Source: a bacterium (GTDB lineage: Bacteria > Babelota > Babeliae > Babelales > JAUWHS01). Taken from it: 54,463 nucleotides of DNA. Within the stretch, counting starts at the first letter, position 1; each line of letters begins with the position of its first letter. Positions 16,813 through 26,969 of the stretch are shown piece by piece. Under the pieces are notes generated by a model. The model saw only the letters and a list, made by a program, of their open reading frames with translations, searched no databases and was not told the DNA's origin. A program made the position numbers and the translations under genes. Where the stretch lies: the NCBI GenBank assembly GCA_043818275.1, contig JBDRFY010000064.1:1-54463 (forward strand). Reading direction: 5' to 3'.

Positions 16813-18099
16813 TTATAAATTAAATTTTAATATTTTATCTTTTAATTGTATGGGAGTTAAGCTTAACCGGTCGCAAACCTGGTTTAAATCAAAGTGATGT
16901 TTTTTTAGATAATATAATAAAAATTTTTTTTCAAAAAGATTTATAGCATCATTTAAAGAATTGAATCTGTCAAAAGATTGTTCTTCAATAAATTCCATAT
17001 CTTTTTCTTTAAGATAATAAGTCAGGTCGTCTACAGTAATTACTTTATGGTCTTGTTCAGTATTTGTGATTATATTTTGAATTAACTGTTTTAACTGGGT
17101 TATATTTCCGGTCCAGTTAAAGTTTCTTAAAAATCTAATACTCCTGTTGTTAAATATTATTTTTTTATTTTGTTTTTTGTTCTCTTGTTTTAAAAAATGA
17201 TCAATTAAAAGAGGAATATCATACCGTCTTTTATTAAGGCTTGGAATTTCTATTGGTGTGACGTTTAATTTATAATAAAGCAATTTGTTAAATTTATTTT
17301 CGTTACATAACTTAAAAATTGATTCTGTACTTGATGCCAAAATTCTAATTTTTGTATTTTTTTCCAACAAATTTATTAATTCTTTTTGGTTTTCTATATC
17401 TAAATCCTGAATGTTTTTAAGAAAAAGAGTTGCAGGGCCTAATTTTAATATCTCTTTTAATTGGGTGATAAATTTTTTATTTATTGAACAATCTATTATT
17501 TTAAATGTTTTTTGGTTTAGTGAACTTGTTGCATGAATATATTTTGCTAAAAGAGTTTTTCCGGTTGCATGTTGGCCGTATATAATCACTGGAAAATTTA
17601 AATTTGCAATTTTATCTGTCTGATTAATTAATTCATTAAATAAAAAACTGTTTCCAATAAATTCCAGATTTTCTCTGATTTTTTCTTTGTTAATATTTTT
17701 TTCTGTTTTTAATTCCTGAATGTCTGCTTTGTACTCATTTTTTAAGAAATTAATTTTTGAAAGAACTTCATCTAAATTTAAAGGTTTTTCAATAAAATCA
17801 AGAGCTCCTTTTTGAATTGCTTTGACTGCTATTTGTATATTTCCAAATCCTGAAATAATTATTATTCGTTGTTGAGGGTATTCTTGTTTTATTTTTGTTA
17901 AAAGTTCTAATCCGTCACAGTTAGGCATGAAAATATCCAGAAGTATTAAGTCTGGAATTAGTTTACCTGTAAATTCTAATACGTTTTGCCATTCAGAAAG
18001 TATTTCAACTCTAAAATCTTCATCCGTAAGACTGTCTTTTAGTGTTTTAAGTATCTCAATTTCATCATCAATAATAAGGAGTAAAGGTTTTTCGTTCAT
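16813..18099 (-). CDS. NtrC/NtrX-like response regulator with a degenerate AAA+ domain
   Basis: REC domain (IIDDE, LLDIFMP, ISG, FIEKP), L.Y.LNV..I.IP.L..R..DIP.L, W.GNI.QL and Fis-like HTH; no GAFTGA. Confidence 0.85.
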   Translation of the reverse strand: MNEKPLLLIIDDEIEILKTLKDSLTDEDFRVEILSEWQNVLEFTGKLIPDLILLDIFMPNCDGLELLTKIKQEYPQQRIIIISGFGNIQIAVKAIQKGALDFIEKPLNLDEVLSKINFLKNEYKADIQELKTEKNINKEKIRENLEFIGNSFLFNELINQTDKIANLNFPVIIYGQHATGKTLLAKYIHATSSLNQKTFKIIDCSINKKFITQLKEILKLGPATLFLKNIQDLDIENQKELINLLEKNTKIRILASSTESIFKLCNENKFNKLLYYKLNVTPIEIPSLNKRRYDIPLLIDHFLKQENKKQNKKIIFNNRSIRFLRNFNWTGNITQLKQLIQNIITNTEQDHKVITVDDLTYYLKEKDMEFIEEQSFDRFNSLNDAINLFEKKFLLYYLKKHHFDLNQVCDRLSLTPIQLKDKILKFNL

Positions 18100-18117
18100 C
18101 TATTGTTTCCTGTTTTT

Positions 18118-18861
18118 TTATTTTGGTTTAATAGGGCCTTCAGCTAAACCTCTTATAAATTGATAAATATACGGATTGTCATTTTCCCAAACAGTTTTTG
18201 CATCTCCCATAAAAACTATTTTTCCACCATGAAGCATGGCTACGGAATCGACATAATTAAATACGTCCACATCATGAGATACAACAATTGTTGTGGCGCC
18301 AGAATTTTGATGAGTTTCTTTAATTAATTCGTGAATTAATCTGACTGTAATTGGATCTAAACCTGTGGTTGGTTCATCATATAAAAGAATTTTTGGACTA
18401 AGCATTAGAGTTCTTGCCAGCCCTACTCTTTTTTTCATTCCACCAGAAAGCTCATCCGGAAATTTTTTTAAAACGTCATCGGTAAGACCAACGCTATGTA
18501 TTTTTTCTAATACTTTTTTTTCTACTATTGAAATGGGTACGCCTTTTTCTATTTTGGTTATTCCAACATTTTGAAATACGTTTAAAGAATCAAGAAGAGC
18601 AGCAAATTGAAAAACGTAACCACATTTTCTATAAACAAGTTGTTTTTCGACTCCTTTTAAATGAGTTATATCCTGACCATCTATTATAACCTTGCCTGAA
18701 TCAGGAGTTATTAGTCCAATTATTTGTTTTAATAAAACAGATTTTCCTTCTCCGGATCTTCCTATAATTGCTAAAAACTCGTGATCTTTTACGGAAAGAT
18801 TTAGGTCATCTGTAATAACTTTTTCTCCGAAAGATTTTTTTAAATTTTTTAATTCAATCAT
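18118..18861 (-). CDS. mlaF: MlaF/Mkl-type ABC ATPase
   Basis: GRSGEGKS, FQFAALLDSL, ELSGGMKKRVGLAR and YDEPTTGLDP. Confidence 0.9.
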   Translation of the reverse strand: MIELKNLKKSFGEKVITDDLNLSVKDHEFLAIIGRSGEGKSVLLKQIIGLITPDSGKVIIDGQDITHLKGVEKQLVYRKCGYVFQFAALLDSLNVFQNVGITKIEKGVPISIVEKKVLEKIHSVGLTDDVLKKFPDELSGGMKKRVGLARTLMLSPKILLYDEPTTGLDPITVRLIHELIKETHQNSGATTIVVSHDVDVFNYVDSVAMLHGGKIVFMGDAKTVWENDNPYIYQFIRGLAEGPIKPK

Positions 18862-18887
18862 TTTTTATATTTAGGGTTTGTTGGTTT

Positions 18888-19664
18888 TTAATTCATAAGG
18901 AGTGAAGTTAAAATATAGTCAGCAATAAATATTGTAACGTTTGCATAAACAACAGCCTGCGTTGTTGCTTGTCCAACACCTTTTGCCCCACCTCTTGTTA
19001 TAAAGCCTTTGTATGTACAAATTAAGGATAATAAAAAACCAAAAACGATTGCTTTAATTAAGCCATGTGTAATATCCCACATTTCCACATTTTCTATTAT
19101 CTGATCCCAAAAAGTCTCGGGATTTAAATTTAAGGAGTAAACAGAAATAAAATAACCACTAAACACTCCGAAAAAAGTACAAAACATTGTTAAGAACGGA
19201 AGAATAATTGTTGAACTCACAAGTCTTGGAACGATTAGATATTGTTTAACATTTATACATAAAGTTTGTAGCGCATCAATTTGTTCTGTGATTCTCATCG
19301 TTCCTATTTCAGCAGTCATTGCAGATCCAGCACGTCCTATGACCATTATGGCAGTTAACACAGGAGAAAGTTCTCTGCTTAAAGATAAAAATAAAATTGG
19401 GCCTATAAATTGATCGGCTCCGAATTTATGTAATCCTTCATAACTTTGTAATGCCAGTACTGCTCCTACGGTAATACTTATAAGCATTATGATAGACATT
19501 GATTTAACGCCGATGTAATTCATTTGATCGAAAATTTTTTTAATTTTCGGTTGTGTTGTGAAAAGTGTAAATATTGAGTCATAACAAAACAGACCCAGAT
19601 TGCCGACCCTGCTGCAAGCATCTATACTCGTTTTTCCGATAAAATCGACAAAAGATAAAAACAT
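18888..19664 (-). CDS. mlaE: MlaE-family lipid ABC permease
   Basis: REL.PVLTA...GRAGSAMTAEIGTMRITEQIDAL and GGAKGVG.ATT.AVV. Confidence 0.94.
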   Translation of the reverse strand: MFLSFVDFIGKTSIDACSRVGNLGLFCYDSIFTLFTTQPKIKKIFDQMNYIGVKSMSIIMLISITVGAVLALQSYEGLHKFGADQFIGPILFLSLSRELSPVLTAIMVIGRAGSAMTAEIGTMRITEQIDALQTLCINVKQYLIVPRLVSSTIILPFLTMFCTFFGVFSGYFISVYSLNLNPETFWDQIIENVEMWDITHGLIKAIVFGFLLSLICTYKGFITRGGAKGVGQATTQAVVYANVTIFIADYILTSLLMN

Positions 19665-19697
19665 ATTAATCCTTAATTATTTTTGGAAAAAAGGATT

Positions 19698-20042
19698 TTA
19701 TTTTTTTTCAGAATTGGTGTGATTTATTTTTTGGGGAGTATTTGTATTATTTTGAGGTACTTGTTTTTGAGTTTTGGTTTGAATTGTTATGTCTTTTAGT
19801 CTGGACATTCCATGTTCTTTTGATTTTAATATTGAAATTCCTAATGCGCCAAAAATAAAAATAAAACCCATAATCCAGGTTGCTTTTTCAAAAAAAGATT
19901 GTCCTCCTGATCCTCCGAAAAGTAATTGAGTTCCTCCTCCTAAGCTACCGAGCCCCATATCTCCTTTACCTTGTTGAATTAAAATAAATAAAGAAAGAAA
20001 TAAACATAAAAGAATAAAAAGAACCATCAAAACGGTTGCCAT
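19698..20042 (-). CDS. secG: Preprotein translocase subunit SecG
   Basis: ILIQ.GKG..G....GG....FG and two TMs; downstream of tpiA; ATG at 20042 has a GGAG SD. Confidence 0.9.
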   Translation of the reverse strand: MATVLMVLFILLCLFLSLFILIQQGKGDMGLGSLGGGTQLLFGGSGGQSFFEKATWIMGFIFIFGALGISILKSKEHGMSRLKDITIQTKTQKQVPQNNTNTPQKINHTNSEKK

Positions 20043-20102
20043 AATTATCTCCAAAAAATTTAAATTTTTATACTTTAAATTTGTTTTTAATTACACACAA
20101 AT

Positions 20103-20879
20103 TTAATTATTACCAACTAAGTTTACTATTTTTTCAAAATCTTGGAAGTTGCAACTTGAGCCTCCAATCAAAAATCCATCAATTCCTTCTATTTTTGAAA
20201 GGATTTTAATACTTTCTGGATCAACGCTTCCACCGTAAATCAGTTTAAAATTAATAACAGAAGATATTTTTTGAATTGTTTCATTTAGCCAGGAAAAAAT
20301 TGTTTCTAAATGTGGTATTTCTGCTATTTGACCTGTTCCAATTGACCAGACTGGTTCGTATGCTATGCAGATTTCAAGGTATTCAGGTAAGGTTGATATT
20401 ATTTTAATTTTATCAAGTATCGGTTGCAATTGTTTTTCTAAAATAGGAATAGTTTTTTTATTCTCATAATCATTTTTGTTTTCCCCTATACATATAATTG
20501 GACTAATTGAATAATCAATTAAATTTTCTAATTTTTGCACAATATCGGTGTTTGTTTCATGGTAATTAATTCTTCTTTCGCTATGTCCTATTATACAGTA
20601 TTGGCAACCTATATTATTTAAATTAATTACGGATATCTCTCCCGTAAAAGCCCCCCTTAAATACTTAGAGCAATTTTGAGCGCCTATGTAGATTGGGGTG
20701 TCTTTTAATATTTGTTTTGCGGTATAAAGTTCTATAGCAGAAGGACATAAAATAATTTTTGTTTTTGTTTTTATGGGTAAATTTATAAGTTCATCATAAT
20801 TGGATGTTATGTAATTTATTGTTTGTTCAAATGACATATTTATTTTCCAGTTAGCTATAAGCAACTTGTTATTTTTCAT
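20103..20879 (-). CDS. tpiA: Triosephosphate isomerase
   Basis: ANWK, GAFTGEIS, GHSERR, AYEPVWSIGTG and YGGSV. Confidence 0.96.
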   Translation of the reverse strand: MKNNKLLIANWKINMSFEQTINYITSNYDELINLPIKTKTKIILCPSAIELYTAKQILKDTPIYIGAQNCSKYLRGAFTGEISVINLNNIGCQYCIIGHSERRINYHETNTDIVQKLENLIDYSISPIICIGENKNDYENKKTIPILEKQLQPILDKIKIISTLPEYLEICIAYEPVWSIGTGQIAEIPHLETIFSWLNETIQKISSVINFKLIYGGSVDPESIKILSKIEGIDGFLIGGSSCNFQDFEKIVNLVGNN

Positions 20880-21005
20880 AATTATTCTCTTTTCTCTTTG
20901 AATGTTATATCTTTGCTTCTTATAAGAATTTTAATGTAAATATTTTTTTGCTTAGAGTAAAGTTATTTTGTTGGCTCTAAGTCTTTAATTTTGCAATTTG
21001 AGTTC

Positions 21006-21033
21006 TTGACGAAAAATGAATTTAAAGTAATAT
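21006..21033 (+). promoter_or_regulatory. Putative sigma70 promoter
   Basis: TTGACG, N16, TAATAT, 45 bp upstream of the ORF at 21079. Confidence 0.4.
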
Positions 21034-21078
21034 CAAATTTGCTTTTTAATATGATTTTTTTAAATATTTTTTGGTGTA

Positions 21079-22440
21079 ATGATGTTTTTTCTTAAAGATG
21101 GAAACAGATTAAATTTATTTTTTTTAATTCTATTTATAGTGATCGTTTGTCCTTCGTTTATCTACTCTTCTCATAATGCAAACCGGTATTTTCCTTTTTT
21201 GGAAAAACCGGAAGATTATGTTACACGTCGTAAAAAAACATATTTGACGCCGTCTTTATTTTTAACTACAGCTTCCAGTGCATTTCGGAAAGGTGGCGGA
21301 TCTTGTGGTATTCCGGAATTATGGGGAAATTATGATCTTAAGGATATTATTTTTGCATTAAAGCAAGTAGATCCTTTTTATATAGATCCAACTTTTTTAG
21401 AAAGAGGCACTCAGGATTGGGTTGGCAAATCAATTAAATTTAAAGTTAACGGAAAAGTTACTTCCCGTGGATTAACTCTGGGATACAAACAAAATTTGGG
21501 TTTTTTGGGATTGTCTTTGGGTGGATTTATTCCTTTGGCTCATGTTAAATCTACCGCAAGATTTAATTTCGATGCGGAACATTCTGATATTAATTCAGGT
21601 AATTTAAAACCAGGTGAGCGGTATCAGGTTGATAGAATACGTGCAAAAGTTCATGAAGATTTAGGATTAAAAGGTTCTGAATGGTCTAAAACTGGTTTTG
21701 GAGATTTGGATTTGTTTTTACAATTTAATCATAATTGGGATCATGAATTACTTATTCGTAATATAGATTTTAATTTGAGATTTGGTGTGTTGTGTCCAAC
21801 GGGAATGGAAATGGAGATTGATTATCCAACATCTGTTCCTTTCATGGATAACGGGAATTGGGGAATTTATTTTGATATGGTTACAGATCTTGAGTTAAAA
21901 CAGGATTTAAGAGTTGGCGTAATGTTGGGTTTTATTGATTTATTAAAAGAAACGCAAAACAGAAGAATTTCTGTTTATAAAGAACCGGTAATTTTTAGCC
22001 CATTAAAAGCGGATACTCAAGTTAATCCAGGTTGGACTTTTAAAGTGTCTCCGTATTTAGAGTTTTCCAATCTGAGAGATGGATTAAATATTCAGGGTCG
22101 TTATACTTATTTAAAGCATGGAGCTGATAAATGGAAGGATATGCGTTCGGAAAAAACAGTTAAAAGCTATCTGGATCAAACGGTTGACTCCTTAAGAGAT
22201 TTAAATGAATATCCAGGTTATGTTGATGATCAAAAGATTAAAGAAAATAAATACGATAAAAAATATATTTCCAGAAATACTTCAAGTTATTTAACTTTGG
22301 AAGTAACCTATGATTCCAAAGAAGCTTTTAATAACTGGTGGTTAGAGCCAGCCTTTTATTTTATTTATGATTATCCAGCCGGTGGTGGTGGAGTTGCAAA
22401 AACTCACCAGGTTACATTAGGTGTTGAATTACATTTTTGA
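21079..22440 (+). CDS. Putative outer-membrane beta-barrel protein
   Basis: Signal peptide, amphipathic strands, GFGDL and PTG motifs, C-terminal VTLGVELHF beta-signal. Confidence 0.65.
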   Translation: MMFFLKDGNRLNLFFLILFIVIVCPSFIYSSHNANRYFPFLEKPEDYVTRRKKTYLTPSLFLTTASSAFRKGGGSCGIPELWGNYDLKDIIFALKQVDPFYIDPTFLERGTQDWVGKSIKFKVNGKVTSRGLTLGYKQNLGFLGLSLGGFIPLAHVKSTARFNFDAEHSDINSGNLKPGERYQVDRIRAKVHEDLGLKGSEWSKTGFGDLDLFLQFNHNWDHELLIRNIDFNLRFGVLCPTGMEMEIDYPTSVPFMDNGNWGIYFDMVTDLELKQDLRVGVMLGFIDLLKETQNRRISVYKEPVIFSPLKADTQVNPGWTFKVSPYLEFSNLRDGLNIQGRYTYLKHGADKWKDMRSEKTVKSYLDQTVDSLRDLNEYPGYVDDQKIKENKYDKKYISRNTSSYLTLEVTYDSKEAFNNWWLEPAFYFIYDYPAGGGGVAKTHQVTLGVELHF

Positions 22441-22462
22441 TTTTTTTAAAAAAGGAAATTAA

Positions 22463-23500
22463 ATGAAGTTTTGGCCAGCATCAAAACTTTTCGGATTTTT
22501 CTCAAACGATTTAGCAATAGATTTGGGGACGGCAAATACAGTTATTTATGTTAAAAATCAGGGGATCGTTTTAGATCAACCGTCAGTTGTTGCGATTAAA
22601 AGTTCGACAAATGAAGTTTTAGCCGCAGGTAATAATGCAAAGCGGATGTTAGGTAAAACACCAGAAAGTATTATTGCGTGCAGACCAATGCGTGATGGAG
22701 TAATTGCTAATTTTGAATTAACGGAAAGTATGCTTCGTTATTTTATCAGGGAAGTTCATAATAACAGAAAAGCGTTGGTTCGTCCCAGGATGATAATTGG
22801 TGTTCCATCCGGAATTACACAAGTGGAAAAAAGAGCTGTTGAAGATTCAGCAAAACAGGCTGGAGCCAGAGAAATTTACACAATTATGGAGCCGATGGCT
22901 GCCGCAATTGGTGCAGGGCTTCCGGTTGTAGAACCAGCAGGAAATATGGTTGTTGATATTGGGGGTGGAACAACTGAAGTTGCGATTATTTCTCTTAAAG
23001 ATGTTGTTTATTGTAAATCGGCTCGTGTTGGTGGTGATGAAATGGACCGGGCTATTGTTCAGTATGTTAAACGTAAGTATAATTTATTGATTGGTGAAAA
23101 AACGGCTGAAGAAGTAAAAATTAGAATCGGAACGGCAATACTTGGTGACGAATCTAAAAAAGTTGAGGTTAAAGGACGTGATCTGGTAACAGGTGTACCT
23201 AAAACGATTGCTTTATCAGATGCTGAGGTTTTTGAATCTTTAACTGAACCAATTTCTGTAATTTTAGATGCTGTGCATTCAGCATTAGAAAATGCGCCTC
23301 CAGAATTGTCTTCAGATTTGGTTGACAGAGGAATAATGATGTGCGGTGGAGGATCGTTGTTGCGAAATCTTGATATGCTAATTTCAAAAGAGACAGGTCT
23401 TCCGGTTAGAGTTGCAGATAATCCATTACTTTCTGTTGTGATGGGAGCAGGTAAAGTTTTGGATGAATTAGACTTTTACAGAGAAGCTCTACTTAAATAA
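22463..23500 (+). CDS. mreB: Rod shape-determining protein MreB
   Basis: AIDLGTANT, PMRDGVIA, EPMAAAIGAG, VDIGGGTTE and GGGSLL. Confidence 0.97.
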   Translation: MKFWPASKLFGFFSNDLAIDLGTANTVIYVKNQGIVLDQPSVVAIKSSTNEVLAAGNNAKRMLGKTPESIIACRPMRDGVIANFELTESMLRYFIREVHNNRKALVRPRMIIGVPSGITQVEKRAVEDSAKQAGAREIYTIMEPMAAAIGAGLPVVEPAGNMVVDIGGGTTEVAIISLKDVVYCKSARVGGDEMDRAIVQYVKRKYNLLIGEKTAEEVKIRIGTAILGDESKKVEVKGRDLVTGVPKTIALSDAEVFESLTEPISVILDAVHSALENAPPELSSDLVDRGIMMCGGGSLLRNLDMLISKETGLPVRVADNPLLSVVMGAGKVLDELDFYREALLK

Positions 23501-23516
23501 TTATTTGGGGGGATTA

Positions 23517-24329
23517 ATGTTTAAGTTAAAAAATAATTTAATTTTTTTATTTTTCTTTTTTTTATTTAGTTTTTGTTTAATCGCAAAAGATTCAAAGGTT
23601 AAACTGGCTGAAATTAAAAAAGAACCGGTTAAAATTAAATATGCTATTTTTGATGTCAATGGTAGTTTCTGGAAGCCTCATACCAGTGATATTTTTAATA
23701 AAATACTGGAAACGCAAAAAGTTTCTTTTTTCGATAAGCTGAAAATGGGAGGTTATTTTATTGCGCATAAATTAGGCACAATTAATGTTAAGTCTGCTTA
23801 TGAATCTTTTCTAGCTAAATATAAAAATAAAACAATAGATGATATAAGCAAAGATTGTAGTTTAATTTGGAATGATTGTTGCAAAGATTCTATTTATAAA
23901 AAATCCGTAGATATTTTTGATGAGCATAAAAAAAATGGTCTAACAACTATTATTGCTTCTGCCACACCAGAAGATGTTTATAATGAATTATTGAAGTTTT
24001 ATAAATTTGATCATGTTTGCGCAACTGTTTTGGAAAAAAAAGATGGAATAATGACAGGCAAATTAGTTGGTTCTCCTTGCGCGGCAAAAGATAAAACAAA
24101 AATCGTTACAGATTTAATTGAAAAAAAATTGGGTGGGAGTTTAAAGGAAGTTGTTTTTTACGCGCGAAGTCAGCTTGATATTAATCTTTTAAAAAAAGTT
24201 GGAAAACCGGTCGCCTTTAATCCAGATCCAAAACTCAAATCTTACGCAAAAATAAAAGGGTGGGAAATAATAGAAACAAAGGATTTAATTTCAGCAAAAT
24301 TACCAAATTTGTTATCCCTATCTGGTTGA
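23517..24329 (+). CDS. Secreted HAD-IB-like protein with degenerate catalytic motifs
   Basis: Signal peptide; AIFDVNGS, IASA, G..TG, K and D..LL..VG.P.A.NPD..L...A...GW; ATG at 23517 follows GGGGGA. Confidence 0.75.
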   Translation: MFKLKNNLIFLFFFFLFSFCLIAKDSKVKLAEIKKEPVKIKYAIFDVNGSFWKPHTSDIFNKILETQKVSFFDKLKMGGYFIAHKLGTINVKSAYESFLAKYKNKTIDDISKDCSLIWNDCCKDSIYKKSVDIFDEHKKNGLTTIIASATPEDVYNELLKFYKFDHVCATVLEKKDGIMTGKLVGSPCAAKDKTKIVTDLIEKKLGGSLKEVVFYARSQLDINLLKKVGKPVAFNPDPKLKSYAKIKGWEIIETKDLISAKLPNLLSLSG

Positions 24330-24358
24330 GGGAAATTTATTTCAGTGTCTAAAAAAAA

Positions 24359-25705
24359 TCAATACTTACTGATTTCTTCAAAATCATCGAAATAAAAAGA
24401 TTTTCCTTTTATTGAATAATAATTTTCGTGACCTTTTCCCAAAATTGCAATCAACGAATCTTCATTTGACAATTCAACAGCTTTTTTAATTGCTATTTTT
24501 CTGTCCGGGATACATAAAACATTTTTTTGTTTTGATTGGCAAATTCCAGCATATATTTCTTTTATTATTTGCTCTCTGTCTTCAAATCTGGGATTATCAT
24601 CAGTTAAAATTATTTTTTTTGCGTATTTGGCTGCAATGTTGCCCATTATTGGTCTTTTGGTTTTATCTCTATCTCCGCCACAACCAAAAACCACAATTAA
24701 ATTTGAATTTAATTTTTTTAGCGCTTTAAGAGATGCTTCAAATGAAGACGGGTTGTGCGCATAATCTATAAAAGCATGAGCGTTGTTTTTTAAAATATGT
24801 TTTTGCATTCTTCCTGGTATGCCATCAAAATTTTTTATTGCTCCAATTATTTTTTCTTCTGAAATCTTTAATTGTTTACAGATTAGAAAAGACATCGTGA
24901 TGTTATACTCATTAAATTCTCCGGGCATATTTTTAGAATTTATTTTTACATCATTTTTAGAAAATTGAATCAGATTTAAATTTTTTACACTTAATTTTTT
25001 AATTGCTTTCTGTCCCCACTTATCATCCGAATTTATAACAATTGGGCTATTTAATTTTATATGATCAAAAATTTTGAATTTAGCCTGAAAATATTCATTC
25101 ATATTTTTATAAAAATCCAAATGTTCAGGTGCAAGATTTGTAAAACCAATTGTATCAAATTCAATTCCGTGGATACGATCAAGGCTTAACGCATGAGAAG
25201 AAACTTCCATTACAACAAAATCAACATTGTTTTTTACACACTGATCAAAAAAAATATGTAAAAAATCACTTTGAGGGGTTGTTCTTTCACTTTGTATTTC
25301 AAAATCCAGAATTTTATTTTTTATTGTGCCAAGCAAGGCCGTTTTAAATCCTGATTGTTTTAAGATATGTTCAATTAAATAGGTTGTGGTTGTTTTTCCT
25401 TTTGTTCCCGTGATTCCAATAATTTTTAACTTTGTAGAAGGATAGTTTAATGATTTACCTGAAAGGTCAGCCAAAACCTTTCTGGTGTTTTCTACAAAAA
25501 TATATTCAATTCCATCTTGTTTGATTAAAGTTTTTTGTTGTTTAACATCCAAAACAATTTTTAAAGCCCCTTTTTTAATTGCCTGTTCAATATACTTTGC
25601 ACCGTCGTGTTGGTAGCCTTGGATAACAACAAACGTTGAACAGGGGCCAACGTTATCTGTGTGGCATGTAACTGGATATAATTTAGGTAGTGTTAATTGT
25701 TTCAT
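24359..25705 (-). CDS. murE: MurE ligase (mDAP-type)
   Basis: GITGT.GKTT, TTP, MEVSSH, HLDF, DYAHNP, GCGGDRD..KR, DNPR and GKGHE. Confidence 0.95.
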   Translation of the reverse strand: MKQLTLPKLYPVTCHTDNVGPCSTFVVIQGYQHDGAKYIEQAIKKGALKIVLDVKQQKTLIKQDGIEYIFVENTRKVLADLSGKSLNYPSTKLKIIGITGTKGKTTTTYLIEHILKQSGFKTALLGTIKNKILDFEIQSERTTPQSDFLHIFFDQCVKNNVDFVVMEVSSHALSLDRIHGIEFDTIGFTNLAPEHLDFYKNMNEYFQAKFKIFDHIKLNSPIVINSDDKWGQKAIKKLSVKNLNLIQFSKNDVKINSKNMPGEFNEYNITMSFLICKQLKISEEKIIGAIKNFDGIPGRMQKHILKNNAHAFIDYAHNPSSFEASLKALKKLNSNLIVVFGCGGDRDKTKRPIMGNIAAKYAKKIILTDDNPRFEDREQIIKEIYAGICQSKQKNVLCIPDRKIAIKKAVELSNEDSLIAILGKGHENYYSIKGKSFYFDDFEEISKY

Positions 25706-26286
25706 TTTTTATATAGGTTTAATTAATAAGATGTTTTTGTAGTTTGAATATTATACTATTTTGAACTTAAAAAGAAATTTAAAACAATGTCGCGATCTTG
25801 ATTGTTATGTAAATTTTTTTTAAAAAAACGTCTGGTCGAACAATTTTTAAATGTATCAAAATTATACATTTTGTTTCAAGAGTCTTCTGTAGATGTTTAA
25901 CCCTTCGTTCATATTCAAGTTACTAACAATTTTGTTGGTAAAAGTGTCTAAATCCTTCTTGGTGCCCATTTTTAAAGGCTTTTTGTGAAAAGCGTCTTTT
26001 TTAGGGTTTCTATTTGTAGTAAATTTTGTTAGTGAATTTTTGTTGGCCTGAAAAAATTGATATCATTTGATCTGATATAGATTTTTATAAATTTTATAAA
26101 AATTAAAAAGTTTCAAATGATAAATTTTTTATGCCTTGGGGTTGGGGCGGTGATAATGTCTAATAATTTTAAAAAAAGAATGCTTTTTTGATTTTTTATT
26201 TAAAGCATTTAAAATAATTAGTCTAAATACCTGATAAATATATTTATAAATAAAGACTTTTTTAGTATTCGAGGTTTATATAATAC

Positions 26287-26967
26287 ATGAATGAAAATGA
26301 TAAAAAAATAAAAGAAGAAAACATTAAAGATTCCATGCAGGAAGCTAAAATTGAAATTGAAAATGAAATAAAAAAACAAACAGATGATCAAAAAAAGGAA
26401 ACTTCATTAGAAGAATTAACTGAACAAGCTGAAAAAGAAGGCAAAAAGTTAATTAATGTAAAAGAATTAGATTCTGAAACAATGAGAAGGTTGGGATATT
26501 CTTTAACTGAACTGGTAAAGCTCAGAAATGAAGTTATTGAAAAAATTCAAACCCTGGCAAGCCAAAAAGAAACTTTAGATAAAAAAGTGCACGAGGTCAA
26601 AAAAACAGGGAAAATAAAATTTAACGAAGAAGATGAAAAAAAGAGTTTAGAAGGTGTGCAGTATTATATGTATTTGTTGCAGAATATTCTTGGTGAAATA
26701 AGCCAACAATTACAATATTTCGCGTTATATTATTCAGATAAAAAACCGGAAAAAATAATTGTTCCAAAAAATGAATCTGATGATTTTGGTCAATACATTT
26801 CAAATCAGGTTAAAAGTATTGGAAGGTATGTAAAAAATGTACGAAAAAATTTAAATATTATTTTTTCCAGGTATCAGGTTAATTTTAAATCACAGGTAAA
26901 TAATTTGGATTATTTGCAAAGTTATTTAAAAATTATTGCAAAAGAAGAAAAAAATAAAAAGCAATAA
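26287..26967 (+). CDS. Hypothetical coiled-coil protein
   Basis: 226-aa ORF, GAGG SD, K/E-rich helical composition, 2 bp from dtd. Confidence 0.7.
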   Translation: MNENDKKIKEENIKDSMQEAKIEIENEIKKQTDDQKKETSLEELTEQAEKEGKKLINVKELDSETMRRLGYSLTELVKLRNEVIEKIQTLASQKETLDKKVHEVKKTGKIKFNEEDEKKSLEGVQYYMYLLQNILGEISQQLQYFALYYSDKKPEKIIVPKNESDDFGQYISNQVKSIGRYVKNVRKNLNIIFSRYQVNFKSQVNNLDYLQSYLKIIAKEEKNKKQ

Positions 26968-26969
26968 AT

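Noticed and set aside
24309..24335. Possible further REP-like copy at the HAD gene 3' end
   Set aside because: Similarity to the other copies is too weak to support
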